A DNA stretch of 64,000 nucleotides, taken from Hemiscyllium ocellatum (taxonomy: Eukaryota). Below, piece by piece: positions 1 through 13,708 of the stretch; the first letter of the stretch is position 1, and each line of letters begins with the position of its first letter. Under the pieces are notes generated by a model. That model did not search any database, was not told where the DNA came from, and worked only from the letters and a program-made list of their open reading frames with translations. The position numbers were made by a program, and so were the translations under genes. The stretch lies in the NCBI RefSeq assembly GCF_020745735.1, contig NC_083413.1, positions 79,546,001-79,610,000 of the forward strand, given 5' to 3'.

Positions 1-2300
1 AAACAGATCCTTGCGGTAAACCACAAGTATGTGAACTCCAGGATGAACATTTCCCATCAACCACCACCATCTTCTTTCAGCTAGCCAATTTCTGATCCAA
101 ACCGCTAAATCACCCTCAATCCCATGCCTCTGTATTTTGTGCAATAGCCTATCGTGGGGAACCTTATCAAACGCCTCACTGAAATCCATATGCACCACAT
201 TGATGGCTTTATCCTCATCTACCTGTTTGGTCATCTTCTCAAAGAACTAAGTAAAGGTTTGTGAGGCACGATCTACCCTTCACAATTCCGTGTCGACTAT
301 CCCTGATCAACTTCTTCCTTATAAAATCTCTCTTATAACCCTTTCCAAGACGTTATCCACAACCAAAGTAAGACTCACAGGTCTATAATTTCCAGGGTTG
401 TCTCTACTCCCCTTCTTGAACAAGGGAACACCTTTTGCTATCCTCCAGTCTTCCGGCACAATTCCTGTAGACAATGAGGATATAAAGGTCAAAGCAAAAG
501 GCTCAACAATCTCCTTCCTGGCTTCCCAGAGAATCCTAGGACAAATCCCATCCTGCCCAGGGTACTTATCTATTTTTACACTTTCCAGAATTGCTAACAT
601 CTCATCCTTATGCACCCCAATCCCATCTATTCTAGTATCTCAGTATTTTCCTCAACCACATTACTTTTTGTCAGAATTCACACTAGCAAAAGACATTCAT
701 TTAGCACTTCCCCTACTTCCTCCGACTCCATGCACAACTTCCCACTACTATGCTTAATTGGCCCTAATCTTACTCTATTCATTCTTTTATTCCCTATAAT
801 ATCTGTAGAAAACCTTAGGGCTTTCCTTGATCCTATCCGCCTACGACTTCTCATGTCCCCTCCTGGTTCTTCTTAGCTCTCTCTTTAGATCTTTCCTAGC
901 TAACTTGTAATTCTCAAGCGCCCTACCTGAGTCATCACATCTCATCCTAACATAAGCTTTCTTCTTCCACTTGACAAGTGATTCAACTTCCTTAGTAAAC
1001 CACAGCTCCCCCACTCGACAACTTCCTCCCTGCCTGACAGGTACATACTTATCAAGGACCTGCAGTAGCTGGTCCTTGATTAAGCTCCACATTTCAAATG
1101 TGCCCATCCCCTGCAGTTTCCTTCCCCATCCTAAATCTTGCCTAAGCACATCGTAATTGCCCTTCCTCCAGTTATAACTTTTGCCCTGCGGACATCCTTT
1201 TTAAATTCCTGCCTAACATTCTATATTCTCCTTTCAGAATCTCATCCTTTTCCCTTTCTATGTCATTGGTTCCAATGCGTACAATGAACTCCTGCTGGTC
1301 CCTCTCCCCTTTGTGAACATTCTGCACACTCTGAGATATCCTTGATCCTGGCATCAGGGAAGCTACACACAATTCTGATTTCTCGTTACTGGCTGCAGAA
1401 ACGTCTGTCTGTGTGTCTGACAAGACAATCCCCTAACATAATCAATTCCTTGGAATCTGATGTACCCCTCGTTATATTAGAGCCAGTCTCGATACCAGAA
1501 ATTTGGCTGTTTGTGCTACATTCTCCTTTGAGTCCATCATCCCTTACAGTTTCCAGAACAACATACTTGTTTGAAATGGGGATAGCCACTGAAGACTCCT
1601 GCACTACCTGCCTACCCATCCTACCTCTCCTGGAGTTAACGGATATACCTGACTGTATCTGCGGCTTTTCTCCCTTCCTATAACTGCCATCCATCACAAC
1701 CCCTCATTCTTGTAAATTCCTTATTACCTCGAACTGCCACTCCAATCAATCCATGCAACAGAATAGGATCTGCAATCAAAGACACTTCCTGAAGACATAA
1801 TCATCAGTAACATGGAACTCTCCCTAAACTCCCGCATTTGACAGGAAGAGCACATCACTCTACTAAAGCCCATCTTTGCTCCTTCACAATCTACAGACCC
1901 TGAAAATAGCACCATCTTTTTGATCTAAGAAACAGTGCTCCAGGCTAACGTAGTATTTTTGGTTTATATTTTAAACATTTAATGAAGACACAGATCTCAC
2001 TAAAACATATAATCAAGAAAGAACCCACTGCTGTAGACTTACAGTAAGGTTACACTTTAAAAACTATGCACTTATTTGTTCCTGTGCTGTGAGCTCTCCC
2101 ACACAGGTTCCTCCAAGGCCAGCTGTGAATTTCGTTGTTTGTTATTTTTCCTAGACACACTCCGGTGTCCAGAGATAAGTGACCTCAAACAGCAACGGCT
2201 ATAACTGTACAAATTCACTGCTGTGTCAGTGAGCAGTGTACGTTTCTTTCTCTCCCTCTCTCACTGACCGTGTGGTCGCTGCCTTCTGCCCGTCTTTCTC
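1..2300 (-). mobile_element. CR1 LINE 5' portion (ORF1 zinc finger plus SGNH esterase-like domain, ORF2 RT N-terminal region), endonuclease deleted
   Basis: ORF 1724..1915 has CSSC; ORFs 1386..1697 and 1172..1423 have LGD.LVR and VRIGTNDI; ORF 319..615 has PGQDGI..PEDWR...PLFKKG..DNPGNYRPVSLT. The element runs off the window start. Confidence 0.9.
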
Positions 2301-3869
2301 CTTTTAAAAGAGTCGTAGTTTTGATATTTTCTCCCCAAAGTTTCAAACAATGCAAAAGCATATAAAACAGTAATTGCTGCTCCTGGAATTATAGGAAATC
2401 ACCTCCAACACCCAAAGAAGCTCAGAAAAGGAGTAGCTTTTACAACTACAATTTTTTCCCGTCCTCCATCTTGGATTAGTTCTTCATGGTTATCTCAGCT
2501 AGAGCAGAAAATAGAGACACAGGATAACCGATGATCAAATGAATGAAGGAGCAGGTTTGAAAGGCCAAATGATCTTCTACTTTTGCTAGTTTCTATTTTT
2601 CTAAATGTTTGGATTACCTTCCAGGAAGTGACACAGGATGATATAACATCTTTATAATGGAGTTCATCTTCCTCCTGTTGCACATCTTTCTTATGATAGC
2701 AATAAATAACGCTGTTTTCATTCCCATTATAATTGCTTCAGCGGGCAATCCTTCCTGCTATCCTTTCTTGGAAATTTGAAAAAAGGATCATCTACGTTAC
2801 ATATGAGGTTTGCCACCAGTTACGAATTTCCATGCAACATGGAGAAAATGGTGAAGTTGGAAATAGGCTCAAGGAGAGCTAGATGTGCTAGAACACTGAG
2901 TATAGGACTTAGCAAAGAAAGACTGCGCTGTGTGAGGTAGGAACAAATGTCAAGCATCCATCAAGTGACACCTCTAACAAATACATCAATAATGGTCATT
3001 GTCGTGAATCAGGTGCACATTATTGAATTAATGGGGAATAAAGTAAAATCCATGTTACAGCAAAACTGTCAACTGCCTGTTCTATATTCTACCTCCATCA
3101 AGATTTTTGGTTATCATCTCTGTTCTAATGGAAACAGCCTCACAACATTGTGGTAAGTAGAAAGGGACATTTATCTTGCACTTAAACTATATCTAAATTG
3201 GGATTACTTGATGGAATAGGGTAAGAATTCTTACTTTTTCCAAAAAAAAAGTACTTTTAAAGCTGTCAAGTTATAACAATCAAGGCCAGTAGTCCCAGAT
3301 AGTGATTGTGGATTTGCAGTGAAGTGTGATCTGGCTTCACCTAGAGCACTGTGTACAATTTTAGTCACTTTAGTACAATAAAAACATTTTGGTCTTGTAA
3401 CCGACCAATGAATCCAGAGCAGCAGGTTTGGAAATCATGTATATTGCCACCAGACAGCCAAAACCATCACATACATAAAATGATTTAATGTGTAGTATTT
3501 ACTAATGTGTAATAGCTTGAGTATATAAAATGCAGGTAGGAGCTATAAGGGTTCATGTACTTAAATGCTAATGCCATGCAAATCTCCCCTAACTTTTGCT
3601 GGGCATCTTGGAAGAAATATGAGCATCTGAACAGCTCAGTGGAAGATATTCAAAACCTGCATAATGGACTGCTCTCAAGAAATGTAAAAGTTAAACAAGA
3701 TAAAATTAAATTTAAACAGGCAAGTATTCAGTAATCAAATGATTAATTCCATGACTATATTGGGGAAGAAAACTACCAAAGGAAACAATCCTATCCCCGT
3801 ATCTCTATAATAACATCACTCAATTCCTGTACTAGCTACTCATGATTAAGCTTCATTGCTAATGCTCAC

Positions 3870-3982
3870 CGTTTCAAAGCTCCCTTTATGCATTAGGTCT
3901 ATGGGTGGTCTGAAGAGGTCTGCCAGAGTGGTCAGTTTCTTGTCCACTGGACCACCATTCCTCAACTCCTGCTCCTGTCTGA
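3870..3982 (-). CDS. UBXN7: UBXN7 coding exon 5 (start of UAS/thioredoxin-like domain)
   Basis: tttacatttgcag|TCAGACAG...GAAACG|gtgagc; 113 nt; translates IRQEQELRNGGPVDKKLTTLADLFRPPIDLMHKGSFET. Confidence 0.97.
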
Positions 3983-5467
3983 CTGCAAATGTAAACACAG
4001 AATTTTAATGCACATATTTATGGTCTGCTCTTTTAGGCACAGAATAGTTAATGCAATGCTTTGTAGCTAAAATAAAGAAGAATTTCATGATACCGTTGAA
4101 AGTGTAAAGAAGGAGTTATAATATTCGAATCCACATCTCCGAGTATATTCCCATTCTTTTCCTTTAATATTTTGTTTTTCCGTGACACACAATTTTCTAA
4201 TTTATTTGATTAGTAAGGTTTGTTGCATGGATAATTAAAGTATTTTCACTTTTGTCTTGCAATTCATTGCAATTGCTTTGTAGAAAAGTATGCACGATAG
4301 GTGTACAACACCAATGAATTTAAATCGGATTAATGGTTCACTGCACCAGGTAACCACTCATATGTTCCAACTATATACATCAGATATCTTTCTTTATCAT
4401 GCTGAAGTAAGTTACCACACTTTATATGCTGCAACGTCCACCAATGTGGAGGACTACTGGTTGTGAAAATGGGAGTGAAATCTTGCATTCTTATGAAATC
4501 GTACTTTATAACTTTGTTAGAGCTAGATTTCTGAATATAGTTGCATATTCAGACTCCCACAACCAATGTTTAATATTGGAATCAGGCATCCAAGAAAACA
4601 AATCAGTAATTATGTTTTCTCCTGAAACTGTTTAGAAAGTATAATAAACACAATCTTTTATAACATTGCTATTACAGGTTAGTCACCTTTATTATGAAAT
4701 TGATAAGAATTGTACATTAGACTCACTTGCTCCAGCAATGTCAAGCTGGAATGTCAATTGGGTCTAAGTTATATCATATCTAACACTGTGCCATTTTAAA
4801 ACAAAGTTTCTGTCCAAAATAGAATCCAGAACTGTTGCCCAGCATCAGGAAAGACGTTCAAGCCACCTTTCAAGCAGTTAAATCTAATCAACAAAATTGG
4901 ATTGGGAGCAAGTATGAATGAGACCACAAATCATAGCATGGACATAAAGCTATTCATGAACTTGCTGCTTTACATGACAAATATTTAATCCTTTGGAGAC
5001 AGGAATCTAATGTACTACTTGAGACTGAGTTCTGAACAGTCTTCTAAACTAAATGTTTTTCCAGCATCTAACCTTATACTTGTACCACCTAGGCCAGGTC
5101 TGATATAGGTTTCAACCTACAACAACTAAAGTGTAGATTGGCAATTTATTCACTTTATATTTAATATATTTAATTGCATGCAACTGATAGGCATTAACTG
5201 GTATCTTACTTGAGTCAGTAGAAAGTAGACAAAAATTAAACAGTGGTCGATGGTTTGGAGTCCATGCTTGTACTGTGTAACTACATAAATAATTATCAAA
5301 GTATGAAAGATTGGTTTCAGTTTTTTCCTTCAATGATTGGCTTTCTAGAATAGACCATTGTACATCAATAATAAAATCACCTCTCCCCAATACATAGAAA
5401 ATTTAAAGTTCCATCTCTATTTCATAGTTCTCATTTAAAATAATGTACACTGTAAAGGAATACTCAC

Positions 5468-5533
5468 TTGTTTCAGTTTGAAAGTCTCTGAATCCATCAA
5501 ATATGGAGCGTGCAGGTCTCCGTCGTTTAGGAG
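5468..5533 (-). CDS. UBXN7: UBXN7 coding exon 4
   Basis: tctacag|CTCCTAAA...GAAACAA|gtgagt; 66 nt; translates APKRRRPARSIFDGFRDFQTET, visible inside ORF 5403..5612. Confidence 0.97.
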
Positions 5534-6163
5534 CTGTAGAATGCACAACTATGTTTAACATGAATCCAAAACTACAGATTCTTATGCAGCATTTCAATCT
5601 TGATAAGAACATTAATCTGTCAGTTTAGGCATTTACTGTGATCCAACTGAGGAAAACTAAGTCAATTATTTTTTTTCCCCACATGAGTGGATAGCACTTG
5701 TACTGACTGGTCCTGTGAGAACAGTATTTGCTTGAATCGACAAACTCATTTATTTGACTCTCCTGCCTCTCTTATTAAACCACGGAAAACACCTTTGCCA
5801 TGGCAGGGGGGGGATGCGTGGAGGTGACTGGATGGATTGGGTGGGCGGGTCAAGTTAGTCAGACAGGAAGCAAGAATGGGAGAGGGACCAGCTGGTCGAG
5901 TGCTCGTGTTAGCAGCAAGACGGTTTGGGATGTCGTTGGGTGGTGATGTGTCACAACATAAATATAAGCTCTTCCTTCTATCACAGCATAATGGCGACCA
6001 TCCCAAGATAATAATTACAATCTATAGAAGTACAAGCAGTTAGGAGGAGTTATCTGTAGCAACCTAAACAGACAGATACATTAGCTGTGCACCTATTCCC
6101 GAGGGATAAAGCAGTTAAACAGAGAAAGAGAGTTTGGAGAAATATTTGTTGGAAACACCTTAC

Positions 6164-6231
6164 CACCAAATAAAGGTTCGGGTTCCACCAGTATTTCTTG
6201 CTTTTGTGGAATCGGAGCTCGGACCTCATCC
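6164..6231 (-). CDS. UBXN7: UBXN7 coding exon 3
   Basis: tcattttag|GGATGAGG...TTTGGTG|gtaagg; 68 nt; translates DEVRAPIPQKQEILVEPEPLFG. Confidence 0.97.
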
Positions 6232-6674
6232 CTAAAATGATGCAAAATGTACAAACATCAGACTCAGGTAGCAACTATTTGTCTATCTATTTAGGCTCAG
6301 ATTTAATGCTATTCAGTGGGGCCAAGATCAGGAATAGTTGCATAAGACCTGCTATCACAAAAGCACACCGAGCAATATTTCCCAAACATCAAAACATACT
6401 TGCTGCTGTCTTGCAGCTGCTTCCAGACCAGAACTATAAAACTATACACAACATTTATAGTTGAATGAGTGGTAAAGTGAACATTACATTCCAGTATGCT
6501 GAGAGTTTAATTACTTCATATAACTTTTTGGAGAGCTCTGTAGAACTATTTTGACACTTGTCATGACTTTAGTGCAAAAAAGGCAGTCAAAAGTACAATT
6601 AAATACTCTCCCACAATACTATCATGATCTCTGTATTTCCAGTCCAACAAGGAATGAAGCAGAAATATAAAAGA

Positions 6675-6910
6675 AAAATACTGAAAATGTTGGAAATCTA
6701 TAATAAAAGCAGAAAATGCTCAGCAGGTCTAGCAGTGTCTCAGGAAAGAGCTGCGCTCTGAAAGCTAGTGTGCTTCCAATTAAATCTGTTGGACTATAAC
6801 CTGGTGTTGTGATTTTTAATTTTGTACACCCCAGTCCAACACCGACATCGCCAAATCAGGAAAGAGAAACAGAGTTAACATTTCAGACTTGTGATCTTTC
6901 ATCAGAACTG
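6675..6910 (-). mobile_element. Penelope-like 3' tail with a second Penelope-type short element nested in it (6751-6855)
   Basis: Host has the gctcagcaggtctagcag...gaaacagagttaacatttc...ttcatcagaac pattern. Insert is flanked by tcaggaaagag at 6740-6750 and 6856-6866. Confidence 0.6.
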
Positions 6911-7362
6911 GAGTTGGGTTAACTGTTTGCACACCAAACAACTTTATTAATGAGAAAAAAAAGTCATAAAAAAAACCTTTGGACTTTGGAGCTTTCCAGA
7001 TTTCGGATAAAGGGTTGTCTATCTATACAATTGGTGTAAAATTACTTAGACTTGAGGATGAGAGTGTGGTAAAATGTGGCACAGACAGACAGACTAGTGA
7101 AATTTGATGCAGAGAAATGGAGCTACATTCTGGTGGAGAGACAGATGGGATGTAATACAATAGAAAAAGCACACAACTGTGTAGAGAATTCAGAAACAAA
7201 GATATCGGTGATGTTGGTGGCACTGGAGGAGAGGTAAACCTCCACAAATTATGGAGATATTTTCTAACCAACCTGAGATGTTGTTATACATCTCCAGAAC
7301 AAGTGAGACTTTAACCTGGGACTCCTGAACATGAATCTCCTGAAGCGCTTCACTGGAGACTC

Positions 7363-7402
7363 TCACTGATGATGTTACCTGGTATGGTGATGAAATGTCT
7401 GA
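7363..7402 (+). ncRNA. Minimal type-I hammerhead ribozyme motif in a Penelope-like 3' end
   Basis: tca-CTGATGA-t-gttacc(tggtat)ggtgat-GAAA-tGTC-tga: conserved core, stem II, and a 3-bp stem I (tca/tga). CpG-decayed. Confidence 0.6.
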
Positions 7403-8314
7403 AAACAAATCTTCCAGCTCAGCGAGCTAACTTATATACTCCCTTGTTAGCTCTCCACAATCTGACAAATATTCTCCAACAGGTATTAACCTAGTCTCAC
7501 TGTAAACTGACAATTTACATTTACTATATTCAGTGAAAATACTCTTAAATAAATCTTGACGTCTGTTGCATTTTGCAATCAGAGAACCGAAAGCAAAGAG
7601 AATTCAAACTAGGCATTGTTTCTGTAATGAAAGGCAGCTTTTTTACTCTATCTATACCATGAGGGATCATTCAAATAGAGGTAGGGAACTCCCGATGCAG
7701 ACTATAAAGGTCTCCTGACCAAAGGAGGATCAAAGAAGTCAGAACTTTTATCAGTTCATGATCATGGTATGGAAAATGAGATTAAAGTACAGGGCCATCT
7801 GTAAAATATGAGATCATGTTGACTCCTAGCAATTACTATGCTAAATTGTGATATGCAAATTTTTTTCATCAGTAAGGACAATGCAGAATACACTACATTT
7901 GCATTGAACAAAACTGAAAAAGATCAAGAGAGATGACTGAAGATCATTGTGTGAAGATCACTGAAATGTCTATGCTGCAAAGCTAATATGCCACCCGCTT
8001 ATATTAATAGAACTGTTCAATATAATCAAAAGGCACAATTTGACTCCGTAAAGGGAACTGGCTAGAACATATTTAGAATGTTAGACCCAAGTGTGCTCTT
8101 TCAACATGGTTGGTCTTGAAAAGGTCCAGAACAATAGTGAATGGCATTCTCAAAAGTAATTCAAAGGGTTGGGTATCATTTCTATTGACATACGAATTCA
8201 GTTTAGCAAATTAGGAAAGGTCATGGGTCATGAGTTTAAATTAACCAAGAGCAGGAATAGAAACAAAAACAGAAATTGGTGAAACTCAGCATGATGAGCA
8301 GCATCTGTGGGGAG

Positions 8315-11300
8315 TGTTATGACATAGCAGTGAACCTTTCTATTAATTAAATCAAACACCCAGAAAAGCTCATCTCGCTTTGTAATATCTTAAAGATATA
8401 AGTGACAGAGCACTCCCAAATTCCACATTTTAAAGAAAATAATATCAATTTATTCCTTAACTCTAAAAGTGAACATTAAACTATTCACAACTCTAAGCCC
8501 CCTTTTCTCTTAACTGATATTTGCCTCCAACTCTATAACAATATACTGTTCCAATTTTAAAAATACTTATTAAAATTACATCAACTTAATTTCAAAACCA
8601 TACAGTAGCTGTTGTCTCCAGTGTGTCTGTCTTTTGGCTTAAGATCCCCCTGGGTCGTCTTCATTCTTTCATTGTGAAAATGTTTCACATGAAAAAGGTA
8701 CCTTACGATAGAGAGTATTTTTGAATGGTAGTCTTTCTCCATGGCAGTTACTCTCTCAGTGGCAATTGCTCTGAGTAAACTTTCAAAATGCCTGTTTTTA
8801 TAAAAAATATCCTAACATCAGATCGTCTCACAGGGCCGATGTTGGCAAAAACAATAAATTCAAACTGAATTGGGTTTTAGTATCCTGAGGCATAATTTAA
8901 ACTGATTAGTTAAATGGAATTATTGTCAAAACAGCAAACAACTCGGGTATCTATATCACAGCCAAAGGTTACATATTTTCAATTTTCCAGTATACTCTGA
9001 GACTGCTAGTTCGTGATATGACAGGTGCTTGTCAGCTCTCAGTTCAGAACAGGACTCTCAGCATACGCCTTCACCTTCGTAACACCTCTCCTTTAAGCAA
9101 AACATGAACCATCATATTGAAAAGGGTGGCTTCATTTTTCTCATTCTTAATCTGGTTACAATAAAACACATAGGACATTAATCGAAGTTCATATTAATTT
9201 CTGCACACACACATATTAGTATCTGTTCAGTCTTATCGATATTTTATCCGTTAAATTGACAATAACATATCTATCACATTTTTACGACTCGCAGCATGTA
9301 AAATTTGTAAACTAAAAGTCGCTAACATAAGACTCCAATGAAGCAGTCTCATATTCTTGTCTTTAGGTCGTTCCAAGAATGTATGAGGATTCTGGTCCAT
9401 GTGCACAACTGTCTCAGACACATTGTTTGTAACAAAGATTAAAATGTTGTAAGGCCAGTATCAAACTCAATAATTCCTTTCCGATGGTAATGTATTTTTC
9501 TCTGGTTGGTGATGGGTTTCTTTGACAAGTAGTCAATTGGTTGTTCAATTCCATCGTCACCTTCCTGTAGCAGTACAGTTCCAATACCTACATTACTAGC
9601 ATCAATTACAACTTTGAAGGGTTTCAAAAAGTTTTGTGTAGCTAAAACTGGTGCGGTGGTTAATGCTGCTTTTAAATTGTCAAATGCCTCCTCGCATTGT
9701 TCTATCCAGCGAAATTGTGTGTTCTTCTTCAGTAAATCTGTTAGCAGTGTCACTATGCTGCTGAAAGTTTGGACCAAATTTCCGGTAGAATCCACTTAGT
9801 CCCAAAACTTGAAGCATCTCATTCTTTGAGGTTGGTCGTGGAAATTCCTTGATAGCCTTCATCTTTACATTCTTTGGGGTCAACTTTGCATGACTGATGT
9901 TGTGTCCCAAGACTGTCACCTCTGCCTTCAAGAGTTCTGTTTTTTTTTCAGTTTATTACCAATTTTGCTTCTCTTAATCGTTCAAATAGCTCTGCCAATT
10001 GTACCATGTGATCTTTCCATAATTCGCTAAAGATCACTATATCATCCAGATAAACTGCCAGTTTGTTAACCCAGCCACATCTCTGTTCATGAGTCTTTGG
10101 AATGTGGCTGGTACATTCTTCATTTCAAAAGGCATCACTTTGAATTGATTTGGGGTTACAAACGCAGAAACTTCTATCACTTTCTCTGATAAATGTACCT
10201 GCCAATAACCACGCAGTAAGTCCAACTTTGTGATGCAACTGGCTTGTCCAACTTTCGATATACTGTCATCCAATCTTGGTATTGGGTATGAGTACGATTT
10301 TGTTATGGCATTGACCAGCCGATAGTCCACACAAAATCGTTGAGTCCCGTCAGGTTTGGGAACTAACACAATCAGTGAACTCCATTCACTCTGACTTGGT
10401 TCAACAATATATTCATTAAGAATCGTATCCGTTTCTTTCTGGATCTGTGTGTCATTAAATGGATTACGTCTGTAGGGGTGTTGTTCTATCGGAACAGCAT
10501 TCCCTACTTCCACCTCATGCACAGTAGTACACGCCCCCCTCATCTTATTCCTGCATATGTCCTCATACTGCAACAACAAACCTTTTAACTGGGTTCTTTG
10601 CTCCTGAGACAGGTAGTTTACTAACCTATCCTACTCCTCAAGGACTTTCTCATTGTTTAACGTATTTTGAGGGACATCAAACTCCACAGCATTTGGATTT
10701 GATTCCTCACTCTGCGGTGCAGTAACTAACAGCTGTTTCTCCAGTTCCCGCTCTCTATTATAATAAGGTTTCAACATATTCAAATGACATACTTGATACA
10801 GTTTTTTCTTATCTGGCATCTTTACCAGATTGTTTACTTAACTTAATTTTTTCTCAATTTGATAGAGACCAGTAAACCTTGCTTTGAAAGGGTCTCCTAC
10901 CGGTGGTAACAATACTAATACATGTCCCACTCCATTACAGTGAAAACCCGAGGCCTTTTGCCTCCTTTCCATCCTTTTGGGCTTCTTTCTCCATCTATGG
11001 TAAACTATTACCAGTATGCTTGACTATTTGTTTTGTAACGTAGGGTCTACCCTTCTACCAATTTTTATCTCTCACAGGATGAAATTCCTCCCGGAAGCTA
11101 AATTTTGCTGTATGAACCAACGTATCTGCCATCTCTGCTGCTCTTCTCACTTCTTGAACTTTCTGCTCATCCACATGAATTCTTGTCATCTCTGGAGTGA
11201 GTGTTTAAACTCCATCAGCAGAATAATGTCTCTTAGAGCTTCATAGTTCTTATCCACTTTTAAGGCCCGAACCTATCAAAATTACTATGTTTAATTCTTT

Positions 11301-12957
11301 CGAACTCAACGTAAGTCTGACCTGGTTCCTTCTTTGTTTCTGAATCACTGTCTATATGCTTCTGGTACCAGTTCATATGCACTTAAAATAGCCTGTTTGA
11401 CATGTGCATAATCTCTTAACCCCTCATCCAACAGTGCTGCAAATACCTCAAGCTCTGCCTACCAGCTTAGTCTGAACTAGCATTACGCAAAAGTTCTCTC
11501 ACCACTCCATGTGCTTCGTCAATTTTTCAAATTTAATAAAGAAGGCTTCGACATCTTTCTCATCAAAATGTAGTAACATGTTAACATATTTGTATACGTC
11601 ACTACCTTCTCTTTTAATCCCATCTTAATAAATTGACTTTCCTGACTAATTCGCAACATTTGAAGTTCAAATTTTCTCTCCTTTTCCTTCTTCTCTCTCT
11701 CTCTTTGCTCAGCTAAGCACCTTCTCTCTCTTTTTTCTCTCTTTCCTTTTCTTTTCTCTCTCTTTGCTCACCTAAGAACCTTCTCTTCTTTTCTTCTCTG
11801 TCTCCTCTCATGGCGCTTCTTTCCATTTCTTTATATTCTAACACCATTTTCCTCAATTGTAACTTACATTTTTCTAACTCTACTGCATTTGTCTGTTTCT
11901 CTGACACACCTAAATGCTTGGCTAACTCCTTTACAATTTACTTTTTGCCCCTGGTTAGACCCAATTCTAACCTCATCGCTAATTCTAAAAGTATGATGAT
12001 CTTTCTAAACTTTCTTGGCAAATTTGGGAATCATCTTTAAACTCCAGAACCTCTTCAGCAATTTTAAGAGCCATTTCTCTCACTTGTAATTTAAGCAACC
12101 ACAAGTAACCAGAATTAAACAAATTGTCTCACCTATGTTTTATTTAAAGATTTAGAACACTAATTAGCAAGTGATTAAATCTGCTGGGATCTTTTGCACT
12201 CCAAATCTATTCAAATCTGTCCAAATCACAGACCAGAGTCCCCAAACTGTTTTGACACGGCAGTGAACCCTTCTATTAATTAAACCAAACATCCAGAAAA
12301 GCTCATCTCGCCTTGTAATATCTTAAAATATGAGTGACAGAGAACTCCCAAATTCCACTATTTAAAGAAAGTGATATCAATTTATTCCTTAACTCAAAGT
12401 GAACATTAAACAACTATTCACAACTCTAAGCCCCCTTTCTCTTAACTACTTATTATCTGCCTCCAACTCTATAACAATACACCATTCCAATAAGAAAAAC
12501 ATTTAAGAAAATTAGATCAACTTAATTTCAAAACCGTACAGCAGCTGTCATCTCCAGTGTCTATCTTCTTTTGGCTGAAGATCTCCCTGGGTTTCCTTCA
12601 TTCTTTAATCACGAAGGTGTTTGACACGAAAAAAGTACCTTTGATAGAGATTGTTTTTGAATGACAGTTCCTCTCTCAATGGCAGTCGCTCTGTCTGACT
12701 TTCAAAATGCCTGTTTTCTATATCCCCAACATCAGATTGTTTTGTTGGTTCAATGTTGGAAAAAACAATAAATTCAAACTTGATTGAGTTTTAGTATCCT
12801 GGGACATAATTTAAACTGATTGGTTAAATTTGAATTGTTGTCAAAAACAGCAAAGATTACATATTTTCAATTTTCCAGTACACTCTGATACTGCTAGTCT
12901 GTCATATGACAGGTGTTTGACAGCTCTCAGTTCAGAACAGCCTTCAACTTCCAAACA
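8315..12957 (-). mobile_element. Gmr1-like Ty3/Gypsy LTR retrotransposon, degenerate, two LTRs (8315-9084 and 12248-12957)
   Basis: Direct repeats with TG...CA ends; PPT-like cctctccttt next to 9084; degenerate tRNA-Pro-like PBS (gtttggggactc on minus) at ~12236-12247; TSD ggag/agag. Minus-strand order: gag with coiled coil and SCAN-like segment (~11100-12080), integrase C-terminal HLNMLKPY (10631..10819), RT (10037..10579, RFCVDYR, DLLRGYWQ), RNase H (9439..9795, DASNVGIG). Confidence 0.92.
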
Positions 12958-13708
12958 AGAGAAAGAAGATTTAATGTTGAGTCCCATAACTCTTCATCAG
13001 ACTCCACTAATCAGACCTGCTGAGTTTCACCAACAACCTCTAGCTTCAGATCTCCAGCATCTTCAGTTCTTTGTTTTATTTAAAAACAGAAATAGATTTT
13101 TGGGGGGGGGGGGGAGAGAAAGAGGGAAGAATAATAACTGTCCAAAATCCAAAATATAATGAGATTCTATAAAGCATGTGTGCCTCCAATGAGTATCTGA
13201 CTGGAATAAAACTGCATTTGTATGGAGGAACTTTGGCTCTGAAATATGTCATACAGCCCAAAAACCATTTTTTGATATTTATAATATACACCTAAACCTC
13301 TTGGCACTTTACTCCACAAGAGATCTTTCTATTCTTTTCTCTCTCTCATCTAATTACCTAAGTTGTCCTGAGATTTATCCAAGTTCTTCACTTTAAACAC
13401 GCCAATTAGTCTTGGAGAAAACTAGCACAGACATAATCTTTTGTATTGTAACCACTCTGCGGTTCTAAGTTCCACATCGTCGCCGTCTCTAAGTATAAAC
13501 ATTTCTCCCATATCCCCAATGTATTTACTGGCGATATTATGCATGTGGACTCTGTTTTCACCTCCATGAGAAAAAACTTCCCTAGCTAATCCCTTTCAAA
13601 ATTTTAGATACCTCTGTGAGGTTACTTCCCAACCTGCCACACAGAGGTAACACACTCAACTTCTCAACCGAACCCCTTCTCACTGGGTTAATGCACTGGA
13701 AATCAAGC

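Noticed and set aside
2618-2790. Exon-like segment (AAG|gtaatc on minus) and a short hydrophobic plus-strand ORF
   Set aside because: It does not match the expected exon 6 (AKECGQ...); upstream stops; no recognisable family.
5534-6163. In-frame retention of intron 3 (length divisible by 3)
   Set aside because: An in-frame TAG appears about 24 codons into the intron.
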